A DNA stretch of 64,000 bases from Callorhinchus milii (taxonomy: Eukaryota), in assembly GCF_018977255.1 (NCBI RefSeq), contig NW_024704765.1, forward strand, positions 9,734,001 to 9,798,000. The letters run 5' to 3'. The translations under genes were made by a program, and so were the position numbers. Under the pieces are notes generated by a model that saw only the letters and a program-made list of their open reading frames with translations, was not told where the DNA came from and searched no databases. Below, in pieces: positions 36,851-51,800 of this stretch. Position 1 is the stretch's first letter, and every line of letters starts with the position of its first letter.

Positions 36851-39800
36851 ACACCAGGCAGCAGCCGCCGCTTGTTCCTTCCACTTTCCCGTCTCTCTCT
36901 CTCGCTCTCTCTCTCATGGGCCCTCGCACACAACGGGTGGAGGGGGACTGACACCCGCTCCCTCCCCCCCACCCTCTCTCTCTCTCTCCCCCACCCTCCG
37001 AAGCTTCTAGAAGCCGGGGGGCTGCTTGTCGGCGCCTTTTCCCGCGTGAGTGTGGCCCTGTCCTGTGAGAGGGCCGGTTGGCCTGACTGACAGACAGACA
37101 GACAGACATCATCCTCCTCCTCCTTCCATTTGACTCATTAATAATAGTAATAATAATAATAATCCTTCCGTTTGATATCGCGCCCGGTCGCGTCTTCGAG
37201 ACGTCTCGAAGCGCCTCGCGGGATACTGCGCGGGTCGGGCCCAAGCGCGAGTCGGTGACCGCGGGTATCTCGCGGGGGCGCAAAGGCGGCAGCCGGGTGT
37301 CGCGCGCAGCGAGCGACGGGCCACGCGCAGCCGTGACCTGCCCCGCGCGCGAGCCCAGGAGGCGACTTCCAGCAGCTGTGATTATTGTTGTTGTTGTTGC
37401 TACTATTAGTGGTATTTGTGCCCAGCCGGGCGTCTGAACACGTGCGGAAACCCATCACCGTGGCTTAAGGGGCTCCGAACCCAAGCTGAGAATTCCACGC
37501 ACCCCCATGTACACGTGGAAATCCCAGCGATAGATTGCTGGGATGGAATGCGCTCTCTCTCTCTCTATCTCCCTGGAGGGACGCATTCCGCTTACCTATT
37601 CCGGAAAGTATTAGGCGCACGTTGGCAACGGTCAAGGCTCGGGGGGAACTCAGAGTGTGCGTTGGGGGGTAATTGCTGGAGTCTGACCCCGCCCCCCACC
37701 AAAATAATGATAATTATTATTATAATATACAATTCCGTGCACAATTGGCTGCTGTGTTTCACCCACAAGATATACAGTCACTCCACTTTACAGTATATCC
37801 TGTGAAGTGCTTTCAGACATCTCGATGGCGTGATCAGGAGCTAAATTAAACGCAAGGAATGTCACTTATTATTTTGGTAAGTGTGGTGGTGGTGGGGTGT
37901 GGGGGGGAGATCGAGAGAGTTCAGGGATTCTGTGAAACTGTAATGCGACTGTATTTGAGGTGTACTTCACTTCAGTTTTGGCTACCAGCTCCAGCTGAGC
38001 CAATATAATAATGTCCGCAAGTGCGAGCACAAATCTTAAAGGGAGGTAGGTATTGGTGGTGAGGGGAAGGAGGGGAGAAAAAATTGCCGAATCAAACCTT
38101 GAGTTGTTCAGTTGGGAGTTAGCATCCTCACAACATGTACAGAGCTTTCAGAAACTGCAAGAATAAATTCCTTTGAGGGGTGTGAAGACTTGTCACACAA
38201 ATAAGCCTGTTGCATTTACTTCTCCACGGTGTTGTGTGTTGTGTTTCGTATCCCCAACCTCTCTTTCCACCCTCCCTCTCAACAATCCTGTGGCAATTTA
38301 GTTCACTTAAATTCCTGATGTCAGCTTGAGAAGAATGTTTACCGTTTGCACAATGAACGCTGGTGGCCAACACAATTAATTTGGATCATCAGAGATCATC
38401 TGTAACACTAATCTCTTAAAGCCTTCTCTGCAGAAAACTTGTCCATTAATGTGTGTTTATCATTACTTATGAAATTTTTGTTTGATCATAATGGCATACG
38501 ATCACAAGGTATCAGTGCTGCTGGCAAGAGGACAAAACCATTTGAACATGAACATTATACATTTAGACATGTACACACAGGTTATCTGTCAGGTCAAGGA
38601 GACTGGCGAGCTACGCACATTATGAAGGGTGATCACCAGATGAGCTAATGGACCACTAAGTGTTTAAGATAATTAATGCACCAAGTTGATGTGTGTTCAC
38701 CACCTGATAAATTGGAATGATTTGCTAAAGTAGTTGATTATCTGTTATTGAAAGTGAATGTTAAAATTAAGCTGATTGATTATAAGTAGTTATTTTGGGG
38801 CTGAATAAAGCTTGTAGTACATTGGAAATAAGACTAAGGTCAGGTAGAAATGATTCAAATATTGTGATTTGTTTACTATTTTTGCAGCTACTTTTCACAA
38901 CAAGTGTATCTATCTCAAAGTGTGTTTTGAATGCATGTTTCTAACTTGCTGTATGTTTCTTATCAACTAGTTTGTTTATTGTTTATTTGTTGATAAACTT
39001 GGAAAGATACATTGCAATTGAATTGTTCAGTGTGGACATTGCTGTGCTTACAGAGAGTCCCTAACCAATTATCCTGATATCTACCATTAGCTGTGCTAAA
39101 AATCAAAGGTCACAGTATTTATATATCTCGGGGGGCAGATTTGTGGGAGGGGGAATGCTCAGATGACTGTTCGAGCTTCATTGTTCAACCCTTTTATTTG
39201 GACCCTAAGATCAGTTAAACTAGTTAGTGCTAACGTTGACTTTTCCTCATTTGAGATGTTGTTGGGATATTAAAACAACCCAATACAGGACTTGTGTAGT
39301 CCTATAGTGTGGTGTTTAGAGCATTAATAATAATAATAATCCTTGCATTTGATATAGCGCTTTTCACGTCGGGAGGACGTCCCAAAGCGCTTTACAGAAC
39401 ACACTGTAAAGTGAATTGACTGTATATTTGTGGGCGAACGCGGAAGCCAATGGCGCACAGCAATGTCCCACAAACAGTCGTAGATTGAAAATGACCAATT
39501 TATTATTGTTTTTGGTTTTGGAGGATTATTATTAGGCTCTGTGTGGAGTAAGGAAACTTGCCCAAGGTTTCGCCCTCTGCCTGGAATTGAACTCAGGTCT
39601 CTCACTTGCAAAGCGAGTGCTCTCACCACTGAGCTACAGGACATTCACTTCGCAAGTGTTCGATTCCCGGGCAGGTGTAGTGAAACGTTGGGCAAGTTTC
39701 CTTACTCCACACGCTTCTGTCTACCTAGCAGTAAGTAGGAACCCGGTTGTTAGCCGATTGGCGGAATGCTTTTTCAGGGGTAAATAATTCCTTTAAAAAA

Positions 39801-42800
39801 AAATTGGTCACCCAATCCACGACTATTTGTGGTACACTGCTGTGTGCAATTGGCTGCTGCGTTTCGCCCACAAAAAAACATAGTCAATTGACTTTGCAGA
39901 ATATTCTGTGAGAAGTCTAGAAGATGTGATAAAACGATATATCAAATGCAAGGATTATTATTATTATTATTCATTTAGAAACCCTTAACGATATTTATTG
40001 TGATGCATAGGATGCTATAGGAGTTCTTTCTTCTAGATAGTTTGTACTTGTTTGTCTCGAGTTGCTATCCAAACCATTTTCACCCGACAACCACTGTTTG
40101 TCGTATTTTATCTCCCAAACCAGAAATGTATGATAATATCGAGTATACTGCATTTCCCAAACATTCTAAACTATAGTTCATAGTAAGTTACCTCATTGCA
40201 CTTCTCATTGTCTAATGTTTTAGAATGTGCTAAACTGACAAAGGGAGGTATTGTGTGAAAGAAAGATATCTATTTTAAGAACTGAAAAACGGTTATAAAA
40301 TGGTTTAATGTAGAATTGGAGAGGGTTACATAGCAGTAATGGTTATCAAGTAACTTCAGTGCTGTACCTGTATCCATTGTGCCTTGGCCCAGAAAATAGG
40401 TCTTCAGGGACTGTTGGTCCTACTATTTTAAGAAATCTAGTGATGGCCCTTTTTCTGGATCAGTCCCAGAGATCTATTTTAAAGAGGTCATCTCCCTCTT
40501 GTTGGCGGTATAGAATGTGCTTTTTTGTGTCATTAAATGGGCAGGTTTTACCTTTAACCCCTCAAGTTCTACATATTTTAGTTCTCCTCCAATGGGTCGT
40601 CTCGTGAGATGGTTAGAGTAGCAGGAAAGCTCCAATGAAAGGAAAGTCATGTTTATGGATTTGACAGCACGTGGAGTTCATCACACGCACACACAACTAT
40701 TGAGGCTACTTGTCTTGAATCCTTGGATTTTGTCCAGAACCAGCCTTTGGAACATCTCACTTTGTCTGCTCCAAATTCCAAGCTTCACTTTCACAAGTAT
40801 ATTGTAGTAGTAAATTGAGGGGATCCTAAGTTTTTTGCCACTTGATCAGTGTTTGGCTTTACCCCTGGGTGGTTGACTGTTGGCAAAACAACTTAATGCT
40901 GTTTGTATAACCCAATACAAATGTATAATCCTAATACAGAAAGCATTTGAGCCTACAGCTAACTGATCTCTCATTCTGGACCTAATATTTCACTGTGATT
41001 GAGTTTTAATGGGTTGGATGGTGAAGTTGTATCACTTATTACTGATAAGTTGTACCTGACCTTACGTGTGATCTCAATGGAGCTGTGAGGCAGAATTGAC
41101 TTGTATATCCAAACCTACTACAGGCAGTTTTAAAATTGAGAACCTTGGAAATCATTTGCACAGTAGCATAGTATTCCTTAAGGAGAGAATAACAAAGAAT
41201 AATAATCTTTGCATTTGATATAGCGCCTTATCACGTCTTCTAGACGTCTCAAAGCGATTCACAGATTATATTGTAAAGTGAATTGACTGTATATTTTGAG
41301 GACGAAACTCGGCAGCCAATTGCACACAACAGTGTCCCACAAACACTCGTGGATTGAGTGGCCAAACTATTATTATTATTTTCTTCAAAAACAATGTCTT
41401 TTTGATGTGATTATTACATTCTTTTTGAAGCCACTTGCCATCGGCATCTGCTTTTTGCGCCCTTACTCCATTGATTTACTGTTGGGATGTCCTCTTGACG
41501 TGAAAGGCGCTATACAAGTGTAATTTTGTTGTTGTTGCTTACATCCAGCATTACATCCAGGTCCACATGATCATCTGATAGCATTCAACGGAGCACTATA
41601 AAAAAATTATTGGGTTTTGAGTTTGTGTGAGGTTAGAGGAACTAGCTATCTGTGACCCAACTGTTTTAATTATCTCATCTATTGGGTACACTCCAGAATG
41701 GAAAGCCACAAACATTGTGCCTCATCATAAGAGAGGGTTAAAGTTAGACTGGAGCAGCAACATGTCAACACCACTAGCGCTGGTCATGTCAAAGCTCATG
41801 GAAAGCAGAGTGAGAGGTTGTTGCAACATTTGAAGTTCTTAATAATCAGTTACTTATGACTGGGTCTCCTGCTTTAGAATGAATAATAATAATCCTTGCA
41901 TTTGTTGTAGTGTCTTCTCATGTCCTTAAGACTTCTCAAAGCGCTTCACAGAATAAATTGTAAAGTGGATTGACTGTTTATTTTGTGGGCGAAATGCGGC
42001 AGCCAATTACGCACAGCAGTGTCCCACAAACAGTCGTGAATTGAGTAACCCAATTTTTTTTCACGACAGAAGAATAGAAGTTTTGAAATTTCTGGAGTTT
42101 TCAATAGATTTTGGTATCTTGTGGTTGTGAAGGTGTGCTTTAATGACCTGAGTGGGGTAATGAGTTGCTCAGCTGGCTCTGGCCTCCTGCTTGTCCACTC
42201 CGCCATTGGCAGTTGCGCTTTCAGCCACTACACTGCAAAGCTTTGAACTCTCTCCCCGAATCCCTCCTTTCCCTCTTTTAGACCACGACTGAAGACCTTC
42301 CTTGTTGACCGTGCTTACGGTCACCTGCTCCCTCCCATGGACTCAGCGTCAGGCTGCACTATTGTTAAGTGCTCAGAGATGCTGCCCTGTGTGAAGCGTG
42401 TTATATAAATGATTGTATATTGTCCTGTTGTTGTTCTGAATTAGGTGCTTCTTCTGAGTTTGAATATGCCGCTAAGGCTTCATGGGGAATAAATGGGTTC
42501 TTTGCTTCTGGGAATAAGGTGGCATTTTCACTAAAAAAAATTCTTAAAAGAATTGGCTTGGAAGAGGAATTGTTCTTGACCTTCTAAGTTAAATTGATAT
42601 AAAGTGAGATTCAATCATTAACCTCAGGTCATCTTGCGACCTTGAATTAATTTCAGCAGAATGTGCTAATTCTGTTCTCTTTTTGTCTTGTCTGTTATTG
42701 ACAATACTGGCAAACATATAACTCCTTGCAGATAATAGAGTTAACATTACCCTCTGTTTACCTAGCAGTAAGTAGGAACCGGTTTGATAGTCGATTGGCA

Positions 42801-45800
42801 GATTGCTTTTCCGGGGGTAATAATTCCTTAAAAAAACAAAAAAAATTGGTGACTTTAGTCCACGACTGTTTGTGGGACACTACTGTGCACAATTGGCTGC
42901 TGCGTTTTGCCCACAAAATATAGTCAATTCACTTTACAGTATATTCTGAGAAAAGTTTTTACACGTCTCAAAGTCGTGATAGGTGCTATATCAAATGCAA
43001 GGATTATTATCACTGATCAATTTTTTCAATTCAATTCCACGATCAAGTGTTTCAAATTTTTTCATTACCTTAAACAACTATCATGTCATCCCTCAACTAC
43101 CCTCTTAGCTTTTCCTCAGAACCTATCCTGATGGCTCAATTGATCTGACTGTAAAACAATCTCTTGCACCTTGTATTCTGCACACCGTGACAATGTATTG
43201 TAACTTTAAAAACAATTGCAGCAATAAAAAAAAAGTGTGACCACTATTTATGTCGTTTCATTTTTCCAATTGTAACCCCGGGTTTATTTACGTTAGGTGG
43301 GAGATTTAGTGAGTTGGAGAGTGATTGAGTACAGTAACTGTTTCACATTCTTTGGTATTGAAAACTCATGACTGTTTTTAGTGTCTTAGACTGAAGCTGT
43401 ATATGATTTTCAACATAGTTTTACACCACAAGCAGTAAGCTCGACAGTTGACTGTGATTTGTCTGATGCGAGTGCCTGGTGCCACCTTTAGGAAGTTTCT
43501 TGTGTAGATTGTTTTACAAACCACCATTACTCCTGTGTCCACAGAAGCCTGAGACTCATTACTTTGTTTTGTTTGTGGAGATGTGGGTGTTACTCTTTTG
43601 TAAGTTTGTGACTTACTGAGTTTACAAACATTACAGTAAAATAGGCTCCTCAGTCAGAAAAATGGACACTTTCCTTCTAAAGATAATAATAATATCCTTG
43701 CATTTGCTACAGCGCCTTATCACGTCTCATTATCACATCTCAAAGTGCTTCACAGGATATACTGTAATGTGAATTGATTCCATTTTGTGGGCAAAATATC
43801 CTAAAACAAATGCAGCGCTTTCCCTATTACAGATCTTTTTTCTTTTAGTTTTTGCCTTAAAAGGTTTACCTAGAGAGAACTTTTATAACCATTTCTATCC
43901 TTAAAAAAAACTTTTTAATCTTTGTTTCTGCTTTTTTTTCTAGTTAACTGTTATGGGGCAGATGTTTTGTTTTGTGGTGTCCTGTAGCTCAGTGGTTAGA
44001 GCACTCGCTTTGCAAGCGAGAGACCTGAGTTCAATTTCCGGCAGAGCCTAATAATAATCCCTCCAAAAACAAAAACAATAATAAATTGGTCATTTTCAAT
44101 CCACGACTGTTTATGGGACATTGCTGTGCGCAATTGGCTGCCGCGTTTCGCCCACAAATATACAGTCAATTCACTTTACAGTCTATTCTGTGAAGCGCTT
44201 TGAGACGTCGAGAAACCCAAGGATTATTATTATTATCTACTGTAATTGAAAACCTAAGAGTTTAATAATTAATGTGATGTGACCAAGCCAATTCCCGATG
44301 AGTAAAATCTCGTGCCAACGAAACATCTGATTTTGCTGGGACTGGACTGATACTCCAGTGCAATACTGCAGGGAAGCATTGCATTGTTTAAGATGCCATT
44401 TTTGGGATGAGATATTGAACCGAGATTATATCTACCTGTTTGTCAGGTGGATGTTAAGGATCCAATGAAACTTTTGGAAAAGAGAAGCAATTTGGGCCCA
44501 AGCTGGGAGTTGGGATCAGGAGGGTTGGAGGGGAAGGAGGATAGGGGTAGGCGTGTGACTGAAGGTAGTTATCTAAATTAACAAACTTGCAGGAATTATT
44601 GACAGAAGGAAAATAACTCAGGAAGAGTTTCATAGATTTCAGCCACTTTAAAACCAACTTTAAAGCAGGTGATAGCTTTCTTTTCATCAATTTGGTTCAT
44701 CCATCACACACATCTTAAACGTGAGTTGCTTATTGGTAAGTAATCGTGCACCTGTTAGCTGCACAGGGAGGGAAAAAATTCAACATGTCAATTTTTATAT
44801 TTCGCACACAGTGAGAATTTTGGGCATTTTTAATTTTTGTTAACAACTTTACGCATTTCACCCACAAAATACACAGTCACTCCACTTTACAACATATTCT
44901 GTGAAGCGCTTTGAGAATTCTCAACGAAGTGATAAGGCCCTATATCAAATGCAAGGATTATTATTATTGCACAATTGCTTAAAAATGCCTATCCTTGGGT
45001 TTAAAAACTGAGAACACTGAATCTGTAAACCATTTTCCCATCCACCTAAATTGTTCCTTCACAAGAATAGCCTGTCTTGAAATTGCTTTGCATTTTTAAA
45101 AACAATTTCTAATGTCGATGGTTCGTAAAACACCATTGGGCACCTTGCAAACACACATAACAAGCACACACCAGAACTGCCTGGACTTTCCTGGCATTTT
45201 AGTTAAATAAGTCTTTAAAGTTGCAGTTAACAGGTGCAAGACTGACTGACTTACCAATAAGCAGCTCTTGTTGAAGATGTGTATGATGAGCCAAATTGAT
45301 GTTTGGTGCCATCTCGTGGTTAAAGCAATGATCTTTTCTTAAACATTTTTCCCTGAAGTACAAGTTTCCTGCTTCTCTTATTGATTTTATTGTATTATTA
45401 CTACAGTTATTGCTGCACTGAAATTTCTCCCCCTAACTTAATTCCTCTTCCACCCCTTCACATGAATTTCCTTTTTCTCCTGTAATCTTTTTTCCTTTTT
45501 GGAGTCTTAACCCAAGCACACTCTTCTCAAGCTCTTTCCTGGGTTATGGAACTTCTTCCTTCGCTCACACCGTATAACCTGCAGACTTTTCAATCTCAAG
45601 CTTTGCGTTACTTAATCACGTGTTGAATTCTTCCCTTTTCTGCTACTTAACTTTGGTAATTTAAATGTTGCCATAGATCCTTCTGCCTCGGTGTGGTGTC
45701 CTGTAACTTAGTGGTTAGAGCACTTGCGTCGCAAGCAAGGGCACCTGAGTTTGATTCCCGGGTACGACGAAACATTGGGCAAGTTTCCTTACTCCTCAAA

Positions 45801-48800
45801 CCTCTGATTACCAGCAATAAGTAGGAACCCGGTCGTTAGTCGATTGGTGGATCACTTTTTCCAGGCGTAATAAACCGTTCAAAAATAAATTAAAAAAATT
45901 AAAGCTTTTACTTTGGGTCAAAAGTTTGTAGCTTACAGAATATTCCGTAAAGTGAATTGACTGTATATTTGTGGCCGAAACGTATATTTTGTGAGCAAAA
46001 CAAAACTGTAAAGATACAAGTAGTTCTTTCAGAGTTTAAAGCGTCTGCAGAGGTTACCCAGGTGTTCATGTGTGACATTGGGAGACAATATAGTGAAAAT
46101 GGTAAATGTAAATTTTGTGGAAGTATTAATCAGAATGCATCACTGGCTTACGACTAGCTTTTCTACTACATTAAATATCCTTATTGATTTTTGAAGTCAC
46201 TGATGCTTGATAACTTGAAGGAACTCGCGTCTGTGTAATCCCTGGGGTCTGCTGGCAAAGATTCCAGTATTCTGGCCGAGACTGTGCCGGAAACGTTTGT
46301 CTGATGATAGTTTCTGGAGGATTCATTAATTGGTGAGGTTTTGATGGACAAGAATTGAAAGGATTCATTCGATTTAATGGAATTTAATTTAATTTCGCCC
46401 ACAAAACACAGTCACTCCACTTTACAAGTATATTCTGTGAAGCGCTTTGAGACATCTCAACGACGTGATAAAGCGCTATATCGAATGCAAGGATTATTAT
46501 TATTATTAATTGTTGCCTTTGATATAGTGCCTTTCATATTGGGAGGGAGTCTCAAAGTCCTCAGTAGGATTTACTATAGAGTGTAATGATTGTACATTTG
46601 TAGACAAACCACCGGCCATTTTTACTCCTATCAAGGCCTAAAAAACATGTTTGCAGCTGATTGTCCAATTAATCTGGTGGAGTACTGGCCAGGAAACTGA
46701 AATAAACTTGTTTTTTGTTAACAGCAGCATGGGATCTTTTAACATCCGGACAGTTCAGAGGGGTTCTTATAATAATGAAAATAATAATCCTTCCCTTTGA
46801 TATAGCGCCTTATCACGTCATTGGGAAGCCTCAAAGCTCTTCACAGAATATACTGTAAAGTGAATTGACGGTGTATCTTGTGGGCGAATCTACAAAATAT
46901 TAAATTATATTGATGGAGGTGAACCTGGAATTATCAAGTCATTGTGCCAGTATCACTGCAGAAATATTTCTTATTTTCCAGACCCCATCAGTGTGATCAT
47001 ACCTTACAGTATATATTGTACCTTATTATACTCCTTACTTGGAGACCAGTATAACAAGCCATCCACTTTGTTACAAAACAATCCAGCTAGAAAATCATTA
47101 TCTTTTCCAGTTGAGGCAATTTAAGTTCTAATCTGAAGTGAATTACTTTGAAGAACAACATAATTAATCACATTGTTATGCTTTTCTTCATATCTTAGCT
47201 TTGTCAAGGAATGTGCCCACATATAAAATTACACTGTGACCGCAATTTAAATAGGAATCACACAAACCTGAAAACCAAGGCGATGTTATTCATCTTTACT
47301 GCGTTTCTCTGTAAATATACATTTGGAGGGAAAACTATCTAAACGATGGAAACTGTCCTTAAGAGATGAAAAGAAAATAATAATTCTTGCAATTGATAAG
47401 GCACCTTATCATGTCGTCGAGACATCTTAAAGCACTTCACAGGATGTACTCTAATAATAATAATAATAACCCTCACATTTGATATAGCGCCTTATCACGT
47501 CTTTGAGACGTCTCAAAGAGCTTCACAGAATATACTGTAGAGTGAATTGACTGTATACTTTATGGGTGAAGCGCGGCAGCCAATTGTGCACAGCAGCGTC
47601 CCACAAATAGGCACTGTGGATTGAGTGATCAGTTTATAATTTTTTTGAAGGAATTACTATCCCCGGAACAGCGATCCGCCAATCGACTAACAACCGGGTT
47701 CCTACTTACTGCTGGATAAACAGAGGGGTGTGGAGTAAGGAAATTTGCCCAAAGTTTTGCCCTACCAGTAATCGAACCCAGGTCTCTCACTTGCGAGGCG
47801 AGTGCTCTAACCACTGTGCTACAGGATTCCTATAAATGTAAAGTGACTGTGTATTTTGTGGGAGAAATTAGATGGATCAAGAGAGAAATTTAGATGAAAA
47901 AAGGCGAAAATGTGGTTGGCTGGAAATCTAAAATAAAATGTTTTTTTTTGTTTTAGACATATCTGTCTTAAAATGTTATTTTTATTTTAACTGTTTTATT
48001 TTATTTTCGCCATCTCTTTTTGTCCATTATCCTTTTCTGGAATATTATGATTACAATAAACATGGAAAATCTTGAGAGTGTTTTGTACTTATGTACTCAC
48101 TGATACTCACTGATATGTACTCTGAGCAGTGTGTGCACTCAACTCTCCAAATGCCACATCTCACATACAACAACTCTGCATCCTCGAGCACACAGCAGCA
48201 AATCCCCACGGAATTAAGGGCTTAAGCTGCCTGAGTCAATGAAATGTGGGCACAGGGGAGTCCTGAAGCAACACAATCAGCTGACGTGTCATTTAAACAC
48301 ATGTACTCCATGGAACCGTGTGATTTATGGAAAACTAAATCACCTGTGAGTTGCGTTGCCTGAAATCATCGGGTAATTTTTATTTTTTCAGTCAACTGCC
48401 GAATCCTGATGTGTATCTTTTACAAATAGAATGTGGTTCGTTCCGCCTGGCGTGAAATGGGCAGATTCTCTCACGCTGACACCACGTCAGTGTAGAAACT
48501 CAGTCCAGATTCCAGGCCCCACCCAAAAAAAAGACAGGTTCAGATGAAGAGGCCCTTTTGACATGTTTTGATTTAATTCTTCCAGAATTTTGACTCCCCA
48601 ATAAGGCAACAGCTGTTTTTTTCTTAACATCTGAGCTGTTCATTTCCCTCTCGGTAAAGTAATACTTCCTGATGCCTGTCTTAAACTTGCTCCTCAGCAA
48701 CCTTGCACCTGTGTCCTCTGGGAAAAGGTGTTACTGACGTGACATGAAGTTCATCTATTTTATGCTTGGCTCAGTACGTTCATCTTTTAATCGCCACAGA

Positions 48801-51800
48801 ACACCACTGTTCTGTCACATGCCCCTCAAATAGTTCCTCCATTACTTTGGATATCGCAGATCTCATCCAAGTGAATGGTATTAAATTCTTCCTAGAACCC
48901 CCAAATACAACAACAACTTGCATTTATATAGCGCCCTCATGCAGGGTAGCGTCCCAGAGCGCAATTAGCCAAAGCTTAAAACTCAGCAGTGAGTCTAAGT
49001 AATTATTATTATTAATATACACATTGACAGTCTAATGCTTAACTGATAGGGCATTGATTTTTGTTCATGGTTCCTCTCATAGGTACAATAGTTTCCAACC
49101 AAGGAATTGTACTTAAACCAACCAAAGCATCCTTAAAGCATCCTTGCCAAGAGGGAGAGGGGAGAAAGGAATTGAAATCAAACTATAACATCTTGGATAC
49201 AGCCCAGGCGTCAGTTATGGAGCTTTTGTCTATTTTCCTATATTCTCTTCTCATCCAAATTCACACTAGAAATTCTAATTAATGGGCTATTCATCTCGTT
49301 GTTTGGAGGACATTGTGGGGAATAAATTAGCTGCCACGTTTGCATCCGTAACAACATTCGTTTCATTTCCAATTAATCTCATTCTGAAAAGCACTCCAAA
49401 AATGCCTCTTTACACAAAAGGCAGTATATAAATATAATTTGTTCATCAATTTTTCTATTGAAGGCAAGCATGCTACAGGTACGTCTCAAAGCGCTTCTTA
49501 GAATATACTGTAACGTGAATTGACTGTATATTTTGTGGGCAAAACACGGCAGCCAATTGCGCACAGCAGTGTCCCACAAACAGTCGTGGATTGAGTGACC
49601 AAAGGCAAGTGCTCTAACCACTAAGCTACCGGACTCCACGGATTTGAAGAAGGTATCTAATTTCTATGCTCAAAAACAACCGCCCTGAATTTTCAAGTGA
49701 TTTGTTTTCTGTCCGTTAGTTCCATCACTGTTTTTGCAGCAGTTCCCTCTCTGCACTGCTATTTATTTCACATGCTTTTAATTTTTGGCAGCCAAAAATA
49801 GACCAGTTGAGGTTTAATGTGACTTATTTCAAGAGCTCGGGTATATGTCACAGGCCTTTTGAAGAAAAAGTTTCGATCTTGCTAACTTGAAGCTGACAAG
49901 CCCATTTACATTCCTAAATCGTTTGATTTGCCAGGTGTAAACGAGATAAAAAATGTATTTGTAGAACTCCCATTAGGTTGTAACTCTCTCTGTAGGTGTG
50001 TGCCTCTCTGCATCCGTGTGTGTGTCTCTCTCTCTCTCTCTTTCTGCCTGTGTGTGTCTCTGTATCTGTGTGTGTGAATCTCTCTCTCTGCCTATGTGTC
50101 TCTGGGTCTGTGTGTATCTCACTCTCTCTGCCTTTATGTGAGTGTGTCTGCATCTGCTTGTGTGTATCTCTCTCTTTCTCAGCCTGTACGTGTCTCTGTA
50201 TCATGTTCTCTTTGTAAGAACTTGGTTGCCACCTCTAAAGCGCTATATCAAATGCAAGGATTATTAGTATTATTTATTATACATTTCCCACCTCCTGCAC
50301 CCAGTTTGGTGTCACCTACAAATGCAACTACATTGTACTTTGAGTCTGTGAATGTCACTTATTTGTATAGTGAGGAACAGTACGGGGTTTGTTGAATAGT
50401 GGGATGGATGAGGGTCACAGATAATTCTGTGTTATAGAATGTCCTGCCTCTTTGAAAGGAGAACGATATACGGCTCCTAAAAGAAGATACAAAGGAAATA
50501 CAAAGCATCAAAAAAACGTTAACCAAATTCTGGGCTTAATGCAACAACCTTATGACGAGAGGTTCATAAGCTTTTCCCCCACAAAATATACAGTCAATTC
50601 ACTCTACAGTATATTCTGTGAAGTGCTTTGAGACGTCTCGAAGACGCGATAAGGCGTTATATCAAATGTAAGGATTATTATTATTAGAGGCAAGAATTCT
50701 ATCAAATGAGCTAAGGTGATGCCCAAAATTAGTCTTGGCTGCTCTTAAAGGTGGTATCTCCCATGGAACACAACTGACTGTACTCTCTACACATTTAATA
50801 ATAATAATAATACTTGCATTTGATATAGCATCTTATCATGTCTTCGAGACGTCTCAAAGCGCTTCACAAAGTACACATTTGATGATTAGATGAAACCACG
50901 GTTATGATGGTGTAATCGGAGTGTCTAAGACTGTTCTCCACATTGTGCTATATCGTAATCTGTTCAGAACCATACCAGTCCAACCATTTCAAAACATCTT
51001 AACAGTGTAACTGTAAACCAATTGAAAATAGACCTTAGCTCATAAAACTGGAATGGTAACTCTGGGTGATGTTGATGTGCGGGAATGAGTGGATCAGAGG
51101 AATGTTGAACAAACATGTTTGACTAATATTTTTTAAAAAGATTTCATGGAAGGTGCAAAAGCATCATCAAGATGCATCCAAGGGTTACAATAAGTTAGCG
51201 ACATATTCAGGGCATTCCTGGACTGAGATTACGTACAATTAGTTCCTGGATTCACCTGTTGTGTAAGCGGTGAGTTATTTATGCAATGGCCCAGATTACT
51301 ATGTGTGGCCCCACTGAACCGGTGCCCGTGGATTGAATTTTAAAATGCAGATTCCTTTTATGGATTTTCAAAAAAAAATTGTTAGATTCCATTTGTAAAT
51401 GGGTTAATTTGTAGAAGGTTTAAGTGCCCAACAATGCGTAGATTCATTACACTTTGTGTCCCTTTGAATATGCGGAGGTGCTAGCATATCTCCCATCGTT
51501 TTTAATGAGATATTGTGAACTGGAAATTATGATCACAAAACCTTCCTTCCAGTAGAGTCCCTCCAGCAATTTTACTTTTAAGACTCTTGAGATTCAGAAT
51601 CCTTGAAGATAAGAGGATGGTTGTTTTATGAAAGGCACGGCTCCTGGTTTTGAGGGTGAAAACGAACCATTGAGATAATTGGTACATTTACACCACTTAG
51701 AACTGTGAAATAAGGTAGCAGTTGGTTGGCAGTGAGTTACAAGGTAGTAATTCACTTGAGTGCTTCTGATGATGCTTTGTAAGTGAGATCAAGTGGTTTA

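Noticed and set aside
36516-37458. Several long ORFs on both strands
   Set aside because: CpG-island artefacts; only the 36-nt PEX14 exon 1 is supported.
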